From Euglena gracilis (lineage: Eukaryota), in assembly GCA_039621445.1 (NCBI GenBank), contig CP154954.1, positions 2,294,001 through 2,358,000 on the forward strand: a stretch of DNA of 64,000 nucleotides, given 5' to 3'. Position numbers and translations under genes: made by a program. The notes below the pieces were generated by a model. The model did not search any database, was not told the origin of the DNA, and saw only the letters and a list, made by a program, of their open reading frames with translations. The stretch's first letter is position 1, and each line of letters begins with the position of its first letter. Positions 48,052 through 59,200 of this stretch are shown here, piece after piece.

Positions 48052-50951
48052 GAATTGCCACCCTTTCCTTTGCAATAAAATGAAAATCTTTTCTCCCACG
48101 AAACTGATTTTTCGCTGTGTCCTGGCTAAATCAACCCCCCTGTGGAGGGCCAAAAGCCTCCAACAGATGATGAGTCTGTTTCTGATCTCTTTCACCGATA
48201 GGTCTGAGAGGGGTGTGTAATTCCTCATGATGTTTTCTAGGAAATCAGTGGGGTCCCAAAAGTGGGCATACTTGCAGACATTGGCATTCCACTTCCTTTT
48301 CAATGGAGCCAGAAGGGGTGAAAATCTCAAAGACCCAAACCCTGGGAGTAATAAGGCTGCTGCATATGCATTTCGTGCAGTATTGATGCTATGAAGAGCA
48401 AGATCAAGGATGGCTTCAGCCATCTTGGGGACTGTGCACTGCTGCAGAGGCACCCCTTTGTGCAATAATTGACCCACCAATGCCCTGAAGGCTGAGTCAT
48501 ATCTTTTGACATTTCCCAGATTTTTTATGTAAGTGTCGATACTGGACATCGAAACTTCCTGGGATTGTAATATTTGCCTGACACAATCAAGCAGGCCAAA
48601 TTCCACCTTGGGGGGGGGGGCATCTTCTCCCCCCAGCAGTTGGTGAACAGACCCCACTGGGGGGGTACTAGCAAAACCTTGCTGCCTGGCTGCCTGATTG
48701 ACATTAATTGGCGCCACCATGATGTCGAAGCCCAGTGGGGTACAATCAACAGACAAATTAGGTCTGGGTTTAACATTAATCTCTGAACCCATTGGGGAAT
48801 GATGCTCCAGGGAGGGTTGGCATAAACTGGGGGGAGACCCCTTAAATCTGCCTTCAGAGCATCCACCAACAAAGCCCCTTGGTGGGGGTATCGACAAATG
48901 AACTTGGGGATTTTTTTGTTGCTGGGTGTGCAAAACATGTCCACCTCTGGGGTGATGTGGTTTTTGAAAAACTTCAGAATCTGGTGAAAAATGGTCAGGT
49001 TCAGGGTATAATCCCCTGGATCTTTTTGCTCCCTGGTCAGGGAGTCTGCCAATTGTTCTTTTGTGGGAACCCAAACCACCTGCAAGTTGATTTGCCCTAC
49101 AATAGAGCTGAGTTTTCTGCAGCTCATCTTTTGTGCTGTCAGCACCTTTCCTAATTCCTTTCTTAGGGATTTTAATTTTTCCTGTGGAATTTCCAGCTGG
49201 CCTTTTTTCAAATTGATCCACTGGCCCAAATGCTTTATTTCTTGTGTTGGTTCCAGACATGATTTGGGGAGGTTTATTCTGAACCCTGCCAGTAAAAGAT
49301 CTTTTTTCATTTCTGCCAAATGCTGGGCTGCTGTTTTTTGCTGGGGGCTAACAGCAAAATGTCGTCTAGGTAGATGAAAACTACCTTTCCTTCCTTCCTC
49401 CATTTCCTTTCCCAGACTCTCATGAGAGTCATAAACTTTTGTGGCAGGCTGCTTAACCCAAAGCATGCAGCTTGAAATTGCCACGTTTCCCCCCCCACTT
49501 GCATGCAGACATGCTTTTCCAGGCTGCTGTACAGCTTTAAATGGAAATAAGCATCTTTCAGATCTATTTTTCCACAGAACCAACCCTTTCTGAGATATGG
49601 GAAAATGTTTCCCATGTGTTCCAGTCTGAACTTCTGGGGGGTGAAATGTTGATTTAACTGTCGACAATCTGAAATTAATCTTTCCTTTGTCTTTCCCCCT
49701 TCCTGTTTGGAAATGATAAAATAGGGGACAAAATGTTTTGCTCCCTCTGGGGTGATTTGCCTGGTTGCCCCTGCACATTCGTATTCCCTCAGATTTTTTT
49801 GGGCTGTCATTGTTTCTTGGGGAGTTTTGAAGGGAATTTTTAAGGACATCTGAGGGGGGAGGGGAAGATCTGCCCTGACCCCTTCCCTTATCAGGTTTAA
49901 TACCTCTGTGCTGGCCCCTGCCTTGACCCAATGGGGAATGCTGGCCTGCAGGGCCATGAATGGGGGCACCCCTGGGTGTAATGTGTCTGGGGAGTCCACA
50001 GGCCCCATCACTGGGGTCCCTTCCCCTGGCTGCCCCATCACTGGGGTCCTGCCTGGCTGCCCCATCACTGGGGTCCTGCCTGGCTGCCCCATCACTGGGG
50101 TCACCTTTCACAGGCAGGCTTTCCCCCTGATTTTGAAAGATTGGGGAAAGTCTGTGTCTGCAATGGGGAGGTACATGTATAGCTGGGGGGTTTGGCTTGA
50201 TTACCTTCTGGGGGGCCCTTGTGTAGCCAATCTTGGGCCTCCCCCCCAAGGGCTGGTGTGATCTTGAATGCATTGGCCTCCAATGGCCACTTGATTTTGA
50301 TTGAAATGGCCTCCATTGGCCTTGAAATCTTGATGCTGCTCCTGGCCTCCAGTGGCCTTTTGCATATAATGGCCTCCATTGGCCTTGATATTTCGATGCT
50401 TCCCCTGGCCCCCGTTGGCCTCTTGCACATAATGGCCTCCATTGGCCTTCCCCTGAAGGGGGGGTTGCTTGCCTGGATGTGCAGCTCCTGAGGGGTTTGT
50501 GTTTGAGGGAGCTGTGGGGTAAGTTGGACATACCTTTCCCCCATGGGAGCTTCCCAGGTTTGGACACAGGCTGCCATAGCCTTGCTCCTGGGCCCACTGC
50601 CCTCTTGGATGATGGCTTCCATAGCCATGATTCTGGGCCCCAGGCCCTGTCCAATGATGGCTGCCATAGCCTTGACTTTGATTTGAATCCTTTGGATTGA
50701 GACTGCCATAGCCTTTGCTTTTTCCCCTGAAAGGGGAGGAACTGAGAAAAAGGGGTGGAGTCTGTTGGACCTGTGATGGTGGTCCCCCTCTGTCGTCTCT
50801 TCCTGACCACAGTTGTCCATGGTCCATGGCCATCATTGTTAGTGGGGGGGTCAAATCTCTGAAGCGTTGGGGGGTGGGGGGGTTGCGATGGCCACGGACT
50901 GACGAGCTGTTGCCGCCCCTCCAGCTGCTGCAGCTGCTGCTGTGTCTCCAC
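48052..50951 (-). pseudogene. DIRS B coding region: ORF1, RT, deleted RNase H, Dam-like MT, N-terminal half of the tyrosine recombinase
   Basis: RT motifs RLISDCR, KIDLKDAYFH, FGL and YLDD (ORF 50104-49307, frameshift near 49335); VDMF...YANPPWS (MT); YR RNAYAA...LHRGVDL...QRKGWQF cut at the LTR. 27-bp tandem repeats at ~50000-50100. Confidence 0.88.
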
Positions 50952-51780
50952 CTTCCCCCAGCTTCAGTTGGCTTCTTGGAAGTCCGTTGAAGTTCTTCTT
51001 GAAATTCAAAGGTTCTTTGAAATTCATTCTTCATGGAAGTCTCGTTGTTGATCTTCGAAAAGTTGAATTCTTCCGTTAGGTAGTTGAAGTTCCGAAAATT
51101 TTCGTCCACTTGAGTCGTAGAAGTAAAATTCTTTCTCCTTGAGGTCGAAGGGCAGAAATAGGAATCAGCCAACTCCGGCAACAAAAAGCAGTAAGAAGCA
51201 CCCCCCGCGCACGCACAAACACACCAGAACAGAGCAGCCGGCAAGGAAAGCAGGACCTCACCATCTCGCAGTGCGGAGCCCGAGTGGTCGTGCTTCGCCC
51301 TCGGTGTCCCTTCCTCCCCGGTCGGTTTGCCTCGAGGGAGTACGAAAGCCCGATTGTCGACTCGGATCAGCACGTACCCAAAAACCCAAGGGCCATGCAG
51401 TGAGCCATCAGGCAATCGGCCGAGTCGATCGGGTTACTCGCAAAAATACCCCTGCGCGCGGCATTCGCGGTCGCATTCGCCGGAACGCGGATTTAAGGCC
51501 GTTAAAACGCTCCGGTAAGGAAGTGGGCGATTTCGGCAGAAGTTAGGGTTTCGGACCCGTTAAGGCAAGCGGCACACCTCTCCCAAAAATTAGGGTACAT
51601 TGGGGCAATTTTACGCAAAATGAATTCTCAAAAAAACCTTCCCAGACGGGGACCCTAATTTCTGACCTAACTTGTCACGCCGATCCTAACTAACAGCAGA
51701 ACACTAACCCTATTACACCTATTAACCCACACACATCCACATACACATTAACATATACATCTCTATAAACACATCCATAT

Positions 51781-51881
<101 letters not shown>

Positions 51882-52594
51882 GTTACACCGGCGCATTCAC
51901 AAAAGCCTTTGCTGGATGAGGGTAGATTATGGAAAATGAATGGTGACACATGCATCGACCGATATACTATCCGCCTTAGAACATTCATTGCGGCGCAGCG
52001 TAAAACGTTAATGGTGAACGTGCATCCACCAGCGGTGGATGGTGTCTGCGACTGCAGGGTTTGGGCTCAAGTTCGGACCCCACCACAGCTCCTTCTGACC
52101 TGACGCTCGGGCAATGGGTGTTATTTCCCCTCCCCCCGAGACGGTTGAGACCTGACAAGTCAGCCGTTTTGCATCCTTGTGGTGAAGTTTCCAACGCAAC
52201 AAACCAGGTGGTGGTGCCAAAAAGAGGGGTGCTGTTTTTCGTAGGCTTAAAGCAGGTGCTTATCGAAGCTGGAGGAGAACAACAAACTGACTGACGACCT
52301 AGGAACCCCCTTGCAGGAGGAGGGGTTCAGCTCCTTCTCTGATTGATCAGCCCCCAGCCCCCGGGGGTGTCCTCTGAACTAAAGTTGGGGCCAGCCCCAG
52401 CCCAACAAAGAAAGCCGGCATGGCCCGGGGGAAAAAATTCAAATATTTTTAAAAAAATATTCAAATATTCTGTTTGCCTGAACTCCCCCCCGGAACCCCC
52501 CGGGGGGGGGGCGGGGGGGGGGCAGGGCAGAACAGGAAAGCCTGGTGGGGGGGTCGACCCCCACCCGGGAGGTGGGGGGGTGGTCGCCCCCCAC

Positions 52595-52941
52595 CAGGGT
52601 TTGATATAAGGGCAGGTGGGGGGGGGTGGTCCGGACCCCCCCCCCCCTGCGGGCCAGGAGGGGGGGAACACCCCCCCCACCTAAATAGTGGCGCGGTCCG
52701 GGTGACCAAAAATTTTTGACCCCCCAAAACGACCAAAAGTGCCTTTTTGGGCACTTTTTGGGCAAAAATTTGCCAAAAATGCAAAAAAATTTTCGGCGCA
52801 AAGCGCCGGAGGAAAAAATTGACCCTTTTTGGGGGGCCCCGGGTGCCCCCCAGGGTCGGTCCGGACCCCCCGGGCAGGGGGGGGGGTCCGGACCCCCCCT
52901 GCGGGCCGGGGGGGGGGGGGACACCCTTATATCAAACCCTG
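52595..52941. mobile_element. hAT-like MITE
   Basis: 18-bp perfect TIR cagggtttgatataaggg / cccttatatcaaaccctg; TSD ccccccac/cccctcac (7/8). Confidence 0.88.
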
Positions 52942-53783
52942 CCCCTCACCCAACAAAGCATTTTCACCAATTTTGGGAAAACGGGAATTTTTTTGAAATT
53001 TTTTTGAAATTTTTTTTGAAAAATGAACCCAAAATACATGATGATGACGATGATGATTTTTTGATGGAAAAGCACATTTCTTCACAAAAAACACTCAAAA
53101 ATTTCAGATTTAAAAATTCGTAGTTTTTAGGAGGGGGGTAAAAATGACCAAATCAAATTTTACTGAAATTTTTTCTCTTGGAATTTTTGGGGTTTCAACG
53201 GCATTTTTCTTGCTTCAAAAACCCCTCAAAATCAAAATTTTGAAAAAATATTGAAACTTTGGAAGGTGTGAAAAAATGGGGTTTGGGGGATTATTGGGGG
53301 ACCTCCTATATGGGTCCCAAAATGGGTCAAAAAAAAACACCCGGCACCGAAAGAGGCGGGATACATTTTTGGGGTCCGAAAAATTGGCGCTCCCGAAAAT
53401 ACGAGAAGAGGTGGTGGGGGGGTGGTCGACCCTCCCCCCCCATCACCTTAGCTGTTTGGCCGAAACCCGTTCTGCCCTGGGGAGGGGGGAAAAAGTGCTG
53501 GCTGGACCCTTCCAGCAGCACCTTTTTCCCCAGCGAGCATCGTTTTCCAGCCAGCAACCCTGGTTGGGTCGGAACCCCCGGCGCCATTTTGGGTGTCTGG
53601 AACTGTTGGGGTTGGTTCCAGAGAGCTTCTTTGTGGTGCCGGGGCTCCAGCTGGGAGCTGCTGGCGGTAAAAAAGCGCTGGCTGGCTGGACCCCCCCGAG
53701 GATGTCAGCCCCCAGGCTTTAGAACCCCCCTAGACCTCTAGACCCAGACCTAGACCCTGGGCCCCGGTCCCCAGACCCTGGCC

Positions 53784-56078
53784 CAGCGGCTCGCTGTAGT
53801 ACGGCCGGGCAGCTGCGAGGACGTCGCCGCAAATTTGCAGCGGCGGCCGCGCGGTGCGGTTGGCCCCGCCAGGGTCGGGCGGGGGGATGTGGCCAGGCAC
53901 CTATGGTCACTTCCCATTTTGGTGCCCTGGTCGGCCCTGGTCGGCCCTGGTCGGCCCTGGTCGGCCCTGGTCGGCCCTGGTCGGCCCTGGTCGGCAAATA
54001 GTCGGCCATAGGTGGGGGTATCGTCACAGAAAAAAGATTGTGAAAAATGACCCAAAATTACCAAAAGGGCGTAAAATGGCCAAAATGCCATAAAATATGC
54101 TCACATTGACCCAAATTAGCCCAATATTTGCCAAATCAGTGACAAATGGCCCCCCAAGTTAGCAAAAACTGATCCGTAATGGCCAAAATGGGTGTAAAAC
54201 TGGAGATTTGTGGGGAAATTATCCAAAAATGGGTTGGGCTCTTCAAAATATACAATATACTGGCACAAAATGCTCAAAAATGGTCAAATTGGACCAAAAA
54301 GAGACCAAAAAAATGGGCAAAATAACAAAAAGTGGCCAAAAGCGGCCAAAAGTAGCCAAAAGTGACAACATGAGCCAGACGAGCCAGAAAAATCTCAAAA
54401 TCTGGGATAAAATTCCTCATTCTCGCTGAAAAATTGACATCAATCAGAAAAAAAGTTGCACGGTCGGCTGCGGTCGGCTGCGGTCGGCTGCGGTCGGCAA
54501 CCCACCTATGACAGTCCTGAAACCCGCGGTAACCCGCGGTCGATGCTGCCGGGCCAGCATCGTCCTGCATCGCCCAGCACCGCCCAGCATCATCAAAGGA
54601 GCTTTGTTCAGAGGGAAAGCTGCCTAAGTCCTTCATCCATTCCCCTTCGGTCGGCCAATCACATGCAAGTCGGCCCTGGTCGGCCCTGGTCGGCCCTGGT
54701 CGGCCCTGGTCGGCCCTGGTCGGAACCCCCACCTACGGGGGTCCTGAAAACCATAGTCGGCCCTGGTCGGCCCTGGTCGGCCCTGGTCGGCCCTGGTCGG
54801 CCCTGGTCGGCCATAGGTGCCTGGATGTGGCTGGGGGCGGGCCCCCCCAGCACGTGCTGGAGCAGCTTCCGGCCAGGCGGGATTGGCCAGGTTGGGGGGA
54901 GGGGGCGGGGAAAAGAAAGCGCGAGGAAACGTTCTGGGCGGTAACTCGCCACCCATTCGTCACGTGTGTGCGCATGTGCACACATGTGCACATGTGCGCA
55001 TGCGCGGCACGCGTTAATGCGTGCGCACACGTGCGTGCGTGCGTGCGTGCGCGTTATAATGTTGTGCTGCCCTGCAGGCTGTTGTGCCTCCTGTGGCCAG
55101 ATGGGAAGGGTATTAAACGAGTGGGGAGGGGGGGTGGTCTGGTCTGGACACCCCTCCCCGGGGGGAGGGGTGGGTCGGACCCCCCTGTCAAAAAAATTTC
55201 TTTCGGCCTGCCAAAATCGCGTTTTTACGCACTTTTCTCGAAAAACTGCGGCAAAACACACACCAAAATTATCACCTTCACTAGTGAGCAGTGCCGGAAT
55301 TTTTTTGGGGTTCTCGGGGGGTCCCGACCCCCCCCCCCGTCCGAAGGGGGGCACGAGGGGGAGGGGGTGGACCCCCGCAAAACCACCGCTCACTTCATAC
55401 CCTGCTGATGGGCTCATCGCCAAATCAGCCTGCTTGGGACGGAAATGGTCCCGAGTGCAGGAAGCTGCATAAAGGTCGAGCCCAGGCTTCATTTTTGAGA
55501 CCTCCCAGGGGGTGTGCTCCACAGGTTTCACGGGTTTGCACGGGATCCAATGAAAATCCGAATGACAAGATAATAAAGCAATGTTTTTATAATTTGAAAA
55601 AATTATAAATAAAAAAGTAAATATTTACTGACATTTGAATCATAAGAACAAGAAAAAATATGATAAATATAAGAAAAGAACAATACAATAAAAGATAATA
55701 CAAATTCCATTTTCTTTTCAACCTTCTCTTCATAAATCCTGGGGTTCTGGGATAAGGAAAACTCCCCCAAAACCACATCCCCAGCACCTTCCTGGGACCC
55801 CAGACCCCTGGCGTGGGGCCCTTCCCCCCCAGCAGTCCCACAGGTGGTCCCGGGGGCTTTCCAGTCAAAACGAGGCCTGGTCGAACCCGCAGTTGAACAC
55901 GGAATACCCACACTGAAACCCCAGGTCCCTTGGCTTCAGGTCGCCACTCCCGATTGCCAGGGCTTCGGCTCGGCGCCGGCCGCCCAGCGGTCCGCCGTTG
56001 TATTTTCTGAGCTCAGGGCTGACATTGGAATCAGGCATTTTATTATTATCATTATTATCATTATCATCATCATCATCA

Positions 56079-56152
<74 letters not shown>

Positions 56153-56195
56153 GTTATTATTATTAATATTATTACTAATATTATTAATATCGTCG

Positions 56196-56253
<58 letters not shown>

Positions 56254-59200
56254 TGTTATTTATTAATTATTATTATTATTATTGTTATTAATGATCCATA
56301 TTATTTTCTAATTTTTTTGGGTGCCTTGAAAAAACTTATAAATGCCTGAAAATGCCCAATTCTTCATTGCCAAAACGCCTTAAAATGCCTTAAAAATTTG
56401 GGCTGGAGGAATTTTTTTCCAACCAAGAAAAAATGAAAAGTGCAAAAATCTCCAGGAAAAACACCTTATTTCTGGCATGGCTGGAGCATTGTCTACTTAA
56501 CCAAAACTCAAAAAATGTGGGTTTTGACTCTTTTGGTTTTGGGCGAACGTGCAAAATCAAAAATGTTGGTTCGCTGCCTGGACAGCCCCTGGACCGCCCT
56601 GGAAAATAGCGCCTTCAAATACCTTAAACTGCCTTAAAATGCCTTAAAAATCCTTAAAATGCCTTAACTTGCCTTCTAAATTGTTTTTTTTTTGCCTGAA
56701 CTTGGGGATCATGCGTGTTTGGAATGATCCCCATCCCAAGTCACTTGGGAGAGTCTGGTCAGGTGGCGGAGGGGGGGGGGCTGCCCTCCCCAGTGTTCCA
56801 TCGTCCATCAGCAGGCAGCCGGAGACCCGTGAACGCCGATGCAGGTCATGCGGGGAACTCAACGGGCACCCATTCTCGTGGATTTCTGCCAGTGCCAGGA
56901 GTTTTTTTTTAAGACCGGGGGGGGGGGGAGGGGGTGCCCCCCACCCCCCTCCCTGGGGGGGGCCCCCCGGCGGGGGGGAGGGGGTCCTGGGGGACCCACA
57001 AAAAATGGCCGAAAAATCGCGAAAAGTGCTAAAAATAGAATTTTTTCGGCGCCCGCGGCGCCGAAAAGTATATCCCACCGCCCTCCGGGGGGGACCCCCC
57101 CTGGGGGGGGGAGGGGGTCCGGCGGACCCACCCACCCGAAGCCCCCACCCCCCCCCCCGGGGGTCCAAACTTAAAAAAAACCCTGGCCAGGACCCTGGCA
57201 ACTTCCTGGCCGGACAACGGGGCAGCAGGTTTTTGGGCTTTTGGCATCGTTTGGGCCACGACAGTTGCCCAGAGTGGATGGCAAAAAGGCCGTCCACTCT
57301 GTGTGGCTGGATGGCCGCTGACCCGGCAACAACCCGGTCGTCCAATCCCCAGGCCACAAACTTCAAATGTGGAGCGATGGTCGTTACCAGGGTCTGCTGA
57401 CCAATGATTCTTAAGCTGGAGGGCTGGACCAGGGAAGGCAGAACGGGAAGGCCTGGTTGGGGGGTTGTTGACCCCCCCCCCCCCCCCGGGAGTCGGATCT
57501 GGGCGCCTTGAAAATGCTGCCCAAGCAGGCACCCCCCACCCCATCTGGGGTGGGGTCAGCCTCGCCTGGGATTTCAGCCTGATTTCGACGAGAAAAAATA
57601 TTGGAGAACACTTTTTTTTTGACGCAGAATCAGAATAATAGCTCACCCCCCAAATCAAAATTGTCGGGACAATATTAACTACCCCTCCCCCCGGGAAACT
57701 GTCACCTGACAGGTTGGCCAGTACCGGGGACCCTGACAACTTCCTATACTGACAGGTTGGCCGGTACCGGGGACCCTGACAGTTTCCCGGGCGGGACCCT
57801 GACAGGTTCTCGGGCATGACAGTTTCCCGGGGGGGTGGGGGTAGGTAGTCCCCGGGGAGGGTGGGCGCCTGGCCGCGATGGCCCCGTTGCGGTGGGTGTT
57901 CAGCACGAAGAACTCCGCGGCGCTGGCGTTGAAGCGGTCCGCCAGGGGCGGCAGCTGCGCGACGTGGCGGCAGTCCGCCCACCAGAAGTTGCCGGAGTAG
58001 TGGTGGTTCGGGGCAGAGCTCTTGTTTTGGGGGGAGGTGCCGTGTGCTGGTGTGTGTTGTGTTGTGTGCGTGTGCGTATGCTTGCGACGTGTGTGTTTTG
58101 TGAGTGTTGTGTGTGTTGTGTGTGTTTGTGACATGTGTTTTGTGTGTGTGTGTGTTGTGCAGGTCGTGTGAATTTGTGATGCCAGTGTTTTGTGTGTAGG
58201 TGTTTGTGTGTTGTGGGCGGGTGGGTGTGAAGGTGAGTGAGGTTGGAGCCGGCCCCCAATACCCACCCACAGCATCAAACAAGCGTTGGTAGGAGATATG
58301 GGATCACAAAATATTCCTGCGGCATTTTAGATCCCCGGTGCAAGTGGCACACCGCCAAGCAAAAGTCTTTGTCCAACTGGTGTCAAAAATCTTTCAGACA
58401 AGAAATTTGTCCCCCCCGAGAAGAACAAAACATGACAGAGAATGAAAAATCACAGCTTGGCCACATTACATTTTTTGTGTTTTGTTTTGCAAGTCTTCTG
58501 ACAGTTCACAAACCTCCAAATGCACACCCCCAGACCAAACCTGTAGCATCGTGACTGCGTATTGGTTGGTGGTTGACGCGGATGGCTTATATCGCAGACC
58601 CAACCCCACCCCTTCATTTCCCGAGGTTCCATGGAAGTGAGGGAACTCCTAATACTTTCGGCAAGAGGTGTCGATAGGGTTTGGACCCCAAATGACCACC
58701 AAAAGTCGTTCCCTTGAGACCACTCCGACCGGCTCTTCAAAAAAAAAGCTTCTGCTTTTGGATTGGGGAAAACCATTCCCCAATCAATTTCCACAAAATA
58801 TCTTTCCCAAAACTTTTTTTTGAAAAAAAATTGTCCCCAATTTATTTGCCATTAAATCAACCTTACACTTTTAAATCCATACGCAATTCCTCGGTAACAA
58901 AAACAGGGGAGTGTGTTGAAAACTTTTTGCCTCTTTAAAACTGGAGTATTTCGGATTTATTTAAAACATTTTCCCCTTTGGGGTTCCACAGAGGTGGCTG
59001 GGTGGATGCTGACCCATCCTCCTCCCGGGTGGCAAATACCAACCGCCTCAAAATGAAAAGGCTTTCATAAAGCCCTGCACTCCACCGCACAAATAGTGCT
59101 CTCCAAAACGCCTGAGGAACAGGCTTCTGCTTGAGGGCCTTGGGGGATCCACTGGCTCGCCATTTTGCTAGACACTGGAAAAACCGGCAGCTGCACCTCC

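Larger units (their letters stand above)
34588..51284 (-). mobile_element. DIRS element B, split by the Gypsy element (3' part 34588-~35146, 5' part 48052-51284)
   Basis: Inverted terminal similarity between ~34680-34785 and ~51165-51255. The ICR at ~34998-35090 is complementary to both ends. Flanked by tggtc (34583-34587, 51285-51289). Confidence 0.8.

Noticed and set aside
47896-49260. 454-aa minus ORF as a single protein
   Set aside because: Chimeric: an off-frame DIRS segment, then the recombinase N-terminus, then read-through into the Gypsy LTR.
48525-50951. 808-aa ORF as an intact DIRS protein
   Set aside because: The RT core is in another frame; the apparent fusion results from a frameshift near 49335.
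51960-52015. RLRTFIAAQRKTL as the P4-ATPase GLRTL exon
   Set aside because: On the wrong strand relative to the other exons and only a weak match.
55075-55100. Possible micro-exon
   Set aside because: Lies within the TIR-bounded intron 54869-55435, whose removal already gives an in-frame join.
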